This document shows positions 25,518 through 36,388 of a stretch of 64,000 bases of DNA, in pieces (the first letter of the stretch is position 1; each line of letters opens with the position of its first letter). The translations under genes and the position numbers were made by a program. Source of the stretch: Mytilus edulis (taxonomy: Eukaryota); the NCBI RefSeq assembly GCF_963676685.1, contig NC_092350.1, positions 10,106,001 through 10,170,000 on the forward strand. The letters run 5' to 3'. The notes beneath the pieces are model-generated. The model did not search any database. It saw nothing but the letters and a program-made list of their open reading frames with translations, and was not told the origin of the DNA.

Positions 25518-26573
25518 TAATAAAATTAACGGTACCAATTTTCTTGCACCAGATGCGCATTTCGACAATACATGTCTCTTCAGTGATGCTCGTGGCCAAA
25601 ATATTTGAAATCCAAAGCTTAAATAAAAGATGAAGAGCTATAATCCAAAAGGTCCAAAAAGTATAGCCAAATCCGTGAAAGGAATCAGAGCTTTGCATGA
25701 GGGAGATACATTCCTTAATTTATAATAATTTCTATTATTTTGTAACAGTAAATTTTAATAACACAAAAAATCCGTATTTTCATGCCAGTACCGAAGTACT
25801 GGCTACTGGGGTGGTGATACCCTCGGGGACTAATAGTCCACCAGCAGAGGCATCGACCCAGTGGTAGTAATAAAATTAACGGTACCAATTTTCTTGCACC
25901 AGATGCGCATTTCGACAATACATGTCTCTTCAGTGATGCTCGTGGCCAAAATATTTGAAATCCAAAGCTTAAATAAAAGATGAAGAGCTATAATCCAAAA
26001 GGTCCAAAAAGTATAGCCAAATCCGTGAAAGGAATCAGAGCTTTGCATGAGGGAGATACATTCCTTAATTTATAATAATTTCTATTATTTTGTAACAGTA
26101 AATTTTAATAACACAAAAAATCCGTATTTTCATGCCAGTACCGAAGTACTGGCTACTGGGGTGGTGATACCCTCGGGGACTAATAGTCCACCAGCAGAGG
26201 CATCGACCCAGTGGTAGTAATAAAATTAACGGTACCAATTTTCTTGCACCAGATGCGCATTTCGACAATACATGTCTCTTCAGTGATGCTCGTGGCCAAA
26301 ATATTTGAAATCCAAAGCTTAAATAAAAGATGAAGAGCTATAATCCAAAAGGTCCAAAAAGTATAGCCAAATCCGTGAAAGGAATCAGAGCTTTGCATGA
26401 GGGAGATACATTCCTTAATTTATAATAATTTCTATTATTTTGTAACAGTAAATTTTAATAACACAAAAAATCCGTATTTTCATGCCAGTACCGAAGTACT
26501 GGCTACTGGGGTGGTGATACCCTCGGGGACTAATAGTCCACCAGCAGAGGCATCGACCCAGTGGTAGTAATAA
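25518..26573 (-). mobile_element. Retrozyme: 3 apparently identical tandem 350-bp units, each with a hammerhead ribozyme
   Basis: Exact 350-bp period; minus-strand hammerhead core in each unit. Confidence 0.9.
25546..25589 (-). ncRNA. Minimal type I hammerhead ribozyme (further copies 25896-25939, 26246-26289)
   Basis: GCAUCA-CUGAAGA-GACA(uguau)UGUC-GAAA-UGCGCAUC^UGGUGC: intact core, stem I GCAUCA/UGGUGC, stem II GACA/UGUC, palindromic helix III. Confidence 0.92.
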
Positions 26574-26630
26574 CAGTAGTTAGATAATATTGTGTCAAAA
26601 TAAAGTTTTATTTTTCTGGTGTGAAGTGAA

Positions 26631-28313
26631 ATGGCTTCGTCATCAAGTCTGACTGCACAAATTCACATCTGTGGGTTTTGTAAAGTTGAAAAAATACCTG
26701 AATGGACATGTTTTGATTGCGACCAACCGATATGCTATGAATGTAAAAGATTTCATTTATGGGATTTGAAAAAGAGATATCATAACATTTTGAGGGCTAT
26801 TTCATTGGTCCCGGATAGTAGTTCGAAAACAAAAACAAATCTGAAAGACATCAGTTGTGCAGATCATGTAGATCGCATTGTACTAATTATTGTCTTGAAT
26901 GCAAAACACTTGTTTGTCCAGAATGTTTGTCTGTTAGTTCTTGTCATTTGGCACATAGGAATAAAACTATAGATAAAATACATGAGGAATCCCTGGAAGA
27001 GCTTGTGGTATTAGAGAATCACATAAAACAAAACATTCTGCCCTGTGTCAAAGGAAAACTTGATTCATTAGATGCATGGAAGGATAAACATAAAATGAAG
27101 TTTCAAGAAGAAAAGAAGAAAATTGAAGAACATGCAAATGAGTTGAGGCAGCTAGTAACAAAGTTTGAGGGTACATTGATCGAAGAGTTTGGAAAAACTT
27201 TTGATGCAAATGCAGATGCTATTTCCAGAGAACAGGACAAAGTAAACCAGCTTCAGGAGGAATTGAATGTAAAAATCAAACTGATAAAACAATCAAAGGT
27301 CAAAGACAATATACTACAAATCCAAAAGGATGTTATGTATTTGTCTCCCAATCCTGTAGACTATGACAAACCTTTATTGATACCAAAGGAAACAAAACAA
27401 TTCTCTAAAAGTCAAAAGATTTCAAAAGAATGTGACTTTGGACATCTACTTACAGTTCCTTTGAAAGGAGAACCAGACACTGAAATTAAAGCTTCAAAAT
27501 CGTATGATTTTGAGAAAAACCTTTTTGTTAACCACAGCTCGCTGGCCATATGTAAAGATGGTACAATTTTAGCTTCAGATGAAAATTGTTGTTATGAACT
27601 GAAACCAGATAAAAGCCCAAGATTAATAGGCGGGATGAAAAAAGTTATTGACATGTTTTTTTTAGAGTCAAAGAAGCTTGTATTTGCTGTTGAAAAAAAT
27701 CGTGCCATCCAGGTCAAAAATGAACATGATGAAATCCAAACTTTTTACACATTACCAGATTCAAAAAACTTTGTTCTAGCCCTTTGTGTGAGTAGAGAAG
27801 GACATATTATGATTCTTTATCTAGAATCTACTCCAACATTCGTGATGAACAGTGAATTTTCAAAGATGCATATCAAATGTTTATCGCAAGATGGAGTTTT
27901 AGTGAAAACTATAAAATGTGAAGAGAAAGTTTTATTGAAAAAAGAGTCTTTAATGTCTGGTTTTCTGTACAAATTCAAAATAACAGAGAACATTAATGGA
28001 AATATTTGTGTACCTACTTTTTTCCAAGATGAAGTTAACGTTTTTAGCCAGGATGGGAAGTTAATTCGGAAGGAACAAATAGGGAAACCGATGGATGTAG
28101 AGTCCACATCATTAGGAAGTATCATTGTATTAAGCTTAACTGGCCAGGTTGTTATTCTGAATTCTAATGGAAAGTTTGTGAAAAACTTCGCTCTGAAAGA
28201 TACTCTACATTGTTCACCTATGAACTTTTACAGTTTTTGTCTAAAAAAACCAAGATCTTGTCTTTGTTAGTGAGGGTAAAATGCATATTGTTCAGTTTTA
28301 CAATGAACATTGA
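26631..28313 (+). pseudogene. Intronless TRIM-like gene (2 B-boxes, coiled coil, NHL-like beta-propeller); two 1-nt frameshifts, so a pseudogene or an assembly error
   Basis: B-box1 CGFC..CFDC..CYEC..H..H; B-box2 CADH..[fs ~26879]..YCLEC..CPEC..HLAH; heptad-rich helix; propeller-like C-terminus; second shift at the A7 run 28243-28249. Confidence 0.8.
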
Positions 28314-28827
28314 TACTGATCAGTAGAAGTAATATATTATAGTTAATGATAGTACACAAATATTTTTATAGTTAATCATGAATGAAGTTTCCTTGAATAT
28401 TGCTAAAATGAATATTGTAGACAATGAATTCTGATATAAAACAAATTTGATTTGATCGAATTTAAAAAAAACAAAAAAAAAACAAAGGATTGTTAGTACC
28501 TTGTTATTGTTTTTTGTCTATTCTATAATTTCATTTGATATCATGAACTAAAGTGATGAATAAAAGGAGATTGTGATTATGTGTAAATGAGATAGCAACT
28601 TTACGACCGTCATCAACTTCCACTTCAACCACTGAAGATGTTTCCAAATTGAGTTTGGGACATATCAATGGACCTGTGAGAGGGTTAAAATTTGTTCACT
28701 GCGCCATCAACACCAAATGGCTTTTGCCTCTAGTTGTTTCTCAGTTGTCTTAGAAACCACCTACAAATTCAAACCATACTTGGTTATAATCATCCAAAGG
28801 GGTTGATGTTTCAGTATAAACATAAGG

Positions 28828-29405
28828 TATCATTGCTAATGGGACCACTATAACTCGGATACCATACTAATGTTTCTGCTGAGCTAGTACCTCTGCCATT
28901 TCTAAAAATATATATCATGATAGTATGACTGCTAATAGGACTATTATAACTCGGATATCATACTAATGTTTCTGCTGAACTAGCATCACTGATATTTCTA
29001 AAAAATATGTCGTAATAGTATCACTGCTAATGGGACTACTATAACTCGGATATCATATTATTAAATGTTTCTGCTGAGCTAGCATCAGTGACATTTCTAA
29101 AAAAATATGTCATAATAGTATCACTGCTAATGGGACTACTATAACTCGGATATCATACTAATGTTTCTGCTGAGCTAGTATCACTGACATTTCTAAAAAT
29201 ATGTCGTAATAGTATTACTGCTAATGGGACTACTATAACTCGGATATCATATTATTAAATGTTTCTGCTGAGCTAGCATCAGTGACATTTCTAAAAAAAA
29301 TATGTCATAATAGTATCACTGCTAATGGGACTACTATAACTCGAATATCATACTAATGTTTCTGCTGAGCTAGCATCACTGACATTTCTAAAATATACCA
29401 TGATA
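28828..29405. repeat. ~95-100-bp minisatellite, ~6 copies
   Basis: Recurring gctaatgggactactataactcggatatcatactaatgtttctgctgagctagc. Confidence 0.85.
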
Positions 29406-30329
29406 GTAAACTATAATAAAAGAGTTATATCTTGTAAATGAATATGAAAAGAGAATATCACCATTTCTCATCTTTCTAGTTTTACCAACCGATCAGAATC
29501 TGAAGATTTATTTTTAAAGTTAGTGGCATTATGTGCCATTTGACAGCTTGTTGTTGCCTGTTATGTTTAAAGTAAAATAACCCAAGTTAACGATAAACAG
29601 CAAAATGGATAATTAACGCAAAATCAACAAACATAAAAAGAAAATTGTAGGAAAAAAAAGATATACAAATATGCCACAGACCACTATGACGGAAACCGCC
29701 AAGTGGCTCATTATGAGGTTTTTACCAACTAAATCATTTTTATATAGAAAATAAAAATGAAAAAAAAAATACGTTGTAAATTTTATGATTCCGAAGCACT
29801 ATTCTAAATTGTCCTTCATCAGGAACGATCAAAGTTGAATTTTTGAAAGCCAAATGTTGAAAAAAACAAAACAAGAAAAGGTTGATTAGCTATATTACTG
29901 TGTCGTGGTCAATTACATCAAAGAGTTGATGGTCAATACCTAATCAGGGTAATGATTTTTCTCTTGATTAATGTAACAGTTTATACAGTACATGGGTTGC
30001 ACAGTAGAGTTACAATAACATTGATAAGTTTATCAACACATTTAAAGACCACAAAGCTATGTATAGGCTTTAGTATGATCTTATCAGAATCTTTCTATAC
30101 TCCAAATACAGTTGATTTCGAAGGTTTCAATTCCCTCAGCCTAAGTTGGCCATAGATGGTTTTTGGCTATTTCTTTATGTTCTTTTTGCCATATGTTCAT
30201 TCACATTATACCTTCAACATTTATTTGCCATATGTCATAATCGGTAAAACATTTGGTATTTAGTCTTAGGGTGACTTCCACTAGCAAAATATTTACGCAC
30301 ACTGTCATCTGCTGCCTTCATTTCTTGTA

Positions 30330-32250
30330 ACATGCTTTTAACACAAGTCAGATGTTGCTGAGGTAGTACAGTTTATAAAAAGTGTTAAACACATATGAAT
30401 AAAGGTTGTTTTAGTTAGAACAAATCTCAGTTGCTAAGGAGAACCAAAATCAAGTTGCTAAGGACAACATCAGGCTTATATTATGTTATTTTGTGCAAAT
30501 AGTAAGTGATATTATTTTATGAAGCTATCAAGAAAATCTTGATTAAACTCTTTGAATTTCCGATTTTTATAAACATAAGCATATACGGACTAGATAAAAG
30601 TAATTGAACAAGACAGACCAAAGTAGACCCTAATATTTTCATATAAAATTATACCCTCTGATATATAAACAGATGATGAATTTGGGTTTTAATACAATTG
30701 AGATGGATTAAATATTAGTTTATTATTGATATTTTCTCAACCAAATGTTACGAAACATTGCTTATTAACACAAAACACAGAATTTGGGTTGCCATAACGT
30801 TTATCGTTCTTGAGTTGTGCCTCTTAATATTGTCACATGCAAGAAGGAGCTTCATCTGTGTGGACATATCTCTAATTATTTATATTTTTCTATCAACATT
30901 TTGGACATGAAGGACAGGCAATTGGTAATGTATTTTGTCAGGTATTGTTAAACTTTATGTATTTTGTTTCAGTTTTATGATAATATATTTAATGTGCTGT
31001 AGTCTTACAAGTTTATATTGCTTATATATTTAGTTTATTAGGTGGACATCTGTGTTCATATCTTATCTTATTGTTATACATACCTTTTTATATATTTTTA
31101 ATAAATCAATATTTCAGTATTTGTGTTGTCTTCGTTTTGCAGGTATTGCTATACGATTCTTGTATATTTATATCACTTGAGCTGCTGTAAGGGGTCAATG
31201 GGTCAATGTGAGGTATATTTCCAACATGTTTTGTCTGTCATTTGTGTGTTTATTTCAAAAGATCTGCATAATGTTTGTTAAATTTGGCTGCATGACTCTC
31301 CGGTTATTCTTGTTGAGTATTGTGTTGCTGCCTGACATAACATTTAACACTTTGAATTTTTCGAAAAACTAAGGATTATCTTATCCCAGGAACAGATTAC
31401 CTTAGCCTATTTGGCACAACGTTTTGGAATTTTGGGTCCTCAATGCTCTTCAAATTTGTACTTGTTTTGTTTTATAACTATTTTGATCTGAGCGTCACTG
31501 ATAAGTCTTATGTATACGAAAAAAAAGTAAAAACACAAAAATACTGAACTCCGAGGAAAATTCGAAACGCGCGTCTGTCGTTATAAATTATAATCCTGGT
31601 ACCTTTGATAACTATTAACCACAGTTGACATACACATATTGATGTTTCCTCTTAAAATACAGAGGCTTTTTGGGCCAGTCAAAGATAATATATGGTTCCT
31701 TAAAGAGAACAATGTGACACATCAAGAATACCAGAACATTTAACAAGAGATACAACCCAGTATCATACCACCTCAACATCTTCTATCATTTGGTCTTATT
31801 ATAAATAAGAATATGATTCTTGGGAATGATAGAATCCAATACTTAAGTCCAGTTCAATGTACAAAAATAGCTGAAGGCGGCATTGAAACAATTCAAAACA
31901 TAATTTTTGGTAGACTGATAAAATACACAATTTTTTTGGAAGATGACATATTAATTCAGTTCTTGGCATGTTTTCAAGACTATTGAATTGATAACCTGAT
32001 TATTTCTGTTGTGCCTTTTCTGAGAGGTTAGAGTGACATACAATTTCATATATACATGCAAAATTGGTTTTCGGACTAATTAAATGGGTAACCTCAACTA
32101 CATCAAATTGAAATTTGGAAATATTGTTAGAAACAACTCACCACAGATCAAGTTCAGATTTGACCAATTCACATTTGTCTTTTTGATAAAGGGGAAATAA
32201 ATACCAAGATACCAGATTTTATGCAGCAGACATGCGTTTTTTCATCAGTG
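30330..32250 (+). repeat. Diverged direct duplicate of the nurim downstream region 20830-23410
   Basis: Collinear anchors, e.g. atgcttttaacacaagt, ttttggacatgaaggaca, ttaaatttggctgcatgactc, atgatagaatccaatact, tctttttgataaaggggaaataaa. Confidence 0.85.
31350..31620 (+). mobile_element. Retrozyme fragment with disrupted hammerhead
   Basis: gcgtca-CTGATAA-gtcttatgtatac-GAAA[insert]GAAAcgcgcgtctg. Confidence 0.75.
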
Positions 32251-33423
32251 ACGCTTGAATTAAAATACATGTAGTTTAAAAGGCCAAAATAATTACGAGG
32301 TTGAAGAGCAGCGAGGAACTAACATTCAGAAATTTTTTGTCCACAGCTATGTCAATTTATTCCTAGGATAAACATCCTTAGTGTAGATAGCCTTATTTTT
32401 TTACTTCTGCTAATAGAAAAGAACCTTCATTATCATCATTATCATCATCATCATCATCATCATCATTTGGTCTTCAAGAAATATGTTTGGCAAATCTTTG
32501 ACTTAAGAAAGTATGATTGTCCAACACCATGAAACTCTCAGACATACTGTCAGTTTCTTGAAAGTATTTGTAAAGATTTGAGGTCAAAGATCAAGGTCAC
32601 AGATCACTTGTATTTAAAAAGAAGATAAGTATTTTGCAGAATAATGCTATTGATAAACATTAATGTTGTTGGTTCATGTCTGTCATATTTGAATTTGGTA
32701 AACTTTTTAGTTATGAATTAAGCAGACAATATAGAACAGGTTTCCTGGTTGTTGAAGACGTATGGTGGCCTACTATTTGCTCATATTCACTTCATTTGAA
32801 TTTTTATGGATAGTTGCCTCGTTGGTAATCATAACCACATCTCCTTATTCTTATATCAGAGGTTTGCAATTAAGTATTATTATTAAAAGGCATTTTTAAA
32901 GCGCATTATATAACACTGACTACAAGCTACTCTAAGCGTTTTACATGTTAAAAAGATATACACAAATCCATACGTACACGAAACTACAAAGTAAAAAATA
33001 TGTTTATAATCCTGGTATCTTTGTTAACTATTTAAAAGCAAACAACATCAAATCAATTATAAAAAGCTAGGACTCTAAAAGAAATTTACCACATTGGTTG
33101 AAAAGGGATAAAAAGAATTATAAATGAATTAGTAACAATATAACAAGTACATCATATACTAAGTACCAGAAAAGAATCAAGGGTTAACATCTTGTCATTA
33201 ACCTTGAAAAATAAAGGAATTCAACGATTAAAGGTCAGGTCAAATTGTGGGTCCAAATGGATTTGAATTTACAACTGAAAACATTTTTTGCAACACACTT
33301 GTGTAAATGTATTAAATTTTATTTTGCTGGTAGACTAAGTGTCTTATATTTTATTTTGCTGGTAAGTGTCTTAAAACAAATATGACTTCTGGTGTTCATG
33401 GTTGTTACATTTATATATTTCGA

Positions 33424-33578
33424 TCAAGTTTTAAAGAGATGACACAGTCTCGACAGCTTGGATTTCTTTGGTATAATTTCACCAGAGTACATCACATCTG
33501 AACGGAGTACATACTTTCTTCCAGACAAGATCTTGGATCCCTCATGTAGAACATCATGTTCAAATATCAACATTGAAC
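33424..33578 (-). CDS. 2OG-Fe(II) dioxygenase last exon
   Basis: ttctag| GSMLIFEHDVLHEGSKILSGRKYVLRSDVMY..KT*; contains the distal His and the KY..R motif. Confidence 0.92.
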
Positions 33579-34139
33579 CTAGAAATATAAACAAGTAATA
33601 AATGTGAGAAGTAACACAATTTTTGAGAAACTACATTGTAAATGTTTACTTCAGGTGTTTAAACTTTAGCGTTTTCTTTTGTCTTTTCAAATTCATCAAT
33701 CATGTAGCCAACAATTTCTTAACAAACCAAATGAAATATCATTAATTTATCTAACATGTAGAAAAAAAAATTGATGAAGTAGCACATGCTTTCAGTGAAA
33801 GTAAAACATGTTAAATAGTAAAGGGGACAACCATTAGATATTCTAATGGGGGACGCAGAGGTTTGAACATTTTTTCTGCACACCATTTATTTTTCAGTCA
33901 TGGTGATAAAGGATAATTTTTGGAGACATCCTTTATGAATATTTGTTTTAATCTTTCATGCAAAACTATTTTCAAAAATGTGTGGGTCGGGATAAATATC
34001 CCAACTTTTCCTTCCATTAAAGAAACATTCAAGTTACACAATTATATACATGTTTATTACTATACTTCTCAAGAAAAAAAATAATATTGAAACTTCATAA
34101 GTCGTACAAAGTGTTTGATTCTATCTGTTCTAAAAACTA

Positions 34140-34285
34140 AAATTATGGATAAAGAAAGATAACTCTATAAACAACAATTATGGACAAAGGAAGATAACTC
34201 TATAAACAACAATTATGGACAAAGGAAGATAACTGTTTAAGCAACAATTATGGAAAAAGGAAGATAACCCTTAAAACATCAATTA
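34140..34285. repeat. 36-bp minisatellite, ~4 copies
   Basis: aattatggacaaaggaagataactctataaacaac repeated. Confidence 0.8.
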
Positions 34286-34446
34286 TAGACACAGGAAGAT
34301 AACTCCAACTCAGAGTATTTTCTTCTTAATTTCCTGATGCAATCCTGTTTTTCATTTTAAAACATTGATTATTCTCTACTGTATTTGAAAGACAAATCCT
34401 GGTATCAAAACCATAGTAAAGGGAGATTATTCCCGTAAATTATTAC

Positions 34447-34519
34447 CTGTTTGTGGGATAATTTCTGTTTTATCTTCCTCTAACATGCACAGAAATGTAG
34501 TGTTGCCACCTTCAAAATT
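34447..34519 (-). CDS. 2OG-Fe(II) dioxygenase exon
   Basis: ttgtag| NFEGGNTTFLCMLEEDKTEIIPQT+G |gtaata. Confidence 0.9.
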
Positions 34520-35625
34520 CTACAAGTGTAATAAGTTACAAAAAATACAATGATTCACAGATTAAAACTATTATAATCCAAACAAATTTTGTATGCTTTC
34601 TATAGAAAGTCAACATTGTTCCCAAGTATAACGTATCGTCTTTTATAAATCACAAAGAGACAACAACCTGACCATAGATCAGAAAGCAGCCACAGGCCAC
34701 CAATGGGTCTTCAACACCGCGAGAGAATATGCAATAGGAGGTTGGTCAAAGCTGTCCCCTAAAAAATCATGTACTGGGGACTGTTATATACGACTAATGG
34801 TCATTTTGATATCTCACAAAAAAGGAAACTCAAAGATGGAGCCCTAAAAATTATTTTACTGCAAAGAATTATCTAGTAATTCAGTGTACATATTTAATTT
34901 AATGTGTTCTATATTTTCCGTTGTGAATAATTCATTTGATTTTCTCAAGCTTCATTTGCTCTCTTGTTTCATACCCATCAACTCCATTCTATTTTATTTG
35001 CAATGTTTTTACACAATTTCGTTTTCTCCAAAAAGAAAAGAACTTTAAGCAACCAACAATCAATCCATAATGATAAGTATATTACATTTTTGTAAATAAC
35101 ATTGTACATGAATCCCCAAACAAATGAAATAACACAGAAAAAAATATAATGTTATTAATGTAACAGTAAAATCACAATCAATATATCATGTTACTAAAAA
35201 CAAATATATTTGTTTGTATATATTTGTTACATATCGGTTTTTCTAAAGATATACTGAGAACTCTCACAAGTATGATTTCCCAGTAAGAATAGATTACTTA
35301 TAAAATTGGAACTGCCTACAAAAAACATTAGGATGCCAAAAGTAATGATCGAACAAATTCTGAATGTTAAAAAAAGGATAAATGACAAAAAATGTATTTT
35401 ATAGTATAATCAGTACCATCTGCAGCTTAATATATTACATAATTTGCTTTATAGATCACATGCAACAATAATTTCAACCAATGTTCAAGCTAAATATGTA
35501 CATATATTTACATTATAATACTTGTTTTCATTGTAATTCGATTTTAATCAAATATATGCACTTAATTAAGAACTGAATTGATTTGATATGGAAACCAATA
35601 GATTAAGATATATATTATGACTTAC

Positions 35626-35740
35626 TTGATTAAGATACACCTGTACGGACATGTAACTTCGGTCTCCATCCTCATTCATGTAAGATCCATCTAAATGGGG
35701 GTGGAAATTGTCACCCGGATTATACCGCAACACTCTTATT
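35626..35740 (-). CDS. 2OG-Fe(II) dioxygenase exon with HxD motif
   Basis: ttacag| IRVLRYNPGDNFHPHLDGSY..SYMSVQVYLNQ |gtaagt. Confidence 0.92.
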
Positions 35741-35856
35741 CTGTAAATATATATGTACACTCGATATTTCTCAACACTTTTATTCTGTAAATATATATGT
35801 ACACCCAATATACCTCAACACTCTTATTCTGTAAATATATATGCAGATATGTACAC
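35728..35856 (-). repeat. 44-bp triplication of the dioxygenase HxD-exon acceptor
   Basis: tttacag|aataa(g/a)agtgttg with the acceptor G at 35829, 35785 and 35741. Confidence 0.88.
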
Positions 35857-36244
35857 GTTTGTTTGTTAGTACAACCCCACTTAGAACGTTTTTTCCTAAT
35901 TCAAATTATTTGCTATGCATGCAACATTCTCACTAATATTATTTTACCATTGTTAAACATTTATTAAACTACGTCTATCATTTAATCACTTTTCATACAA
36001 TCCACAATAATGGTTGCAATTTTGGATAAAAGTGCATGTCTACGTGATGATGTTGAATTACGAATTTATAACGTTGTATTTGATTCTAGGTAGGGGTATG
36101 GGCTGTAAGTTAACCCGGCTAAAAGAAATGCTATTAAATTAATGCATTATGTCCTTGTTTTGTTCACAAGTTATGATTTCAACCAAAATAACCTTACCAT
36201 GGGTCAATAACCTCAAATGTCTGGTTATACTACTTCAAACATAC

Positions 36245-36388
36245 CTCTCATTCAAACCGACAACTTTTCTGTTGTTCCATATATCAGGAATAAGATTACC
36301 AACTCGTCTCCACATCGTGTCTGCGACTTCTTTTGATTCCAGAGTACACCGTGAACAATTTCCATACTCATCTATTTCATTGCTTCTA
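36245..36388 (-). CDS. 2OG-Fe(II) dioxygenase exon
   Basis: ..NCSRCTLESKEVADTMWRRV..WNNRKVVGLNER |gtatgt; NAGNAG acceptor (36388 or 36385), both in frame. Confidence 0.85.

Noticed and set aside
25468-26398. Repeated 67-76 aa ORFs
   Set aside because: By-products of the non-coding 350-bp retrozyme unit.
27817-28125. 102-aa minus-strand ORF
   Set aside because: Antisense shadow of the TRIM-like coding sequence.
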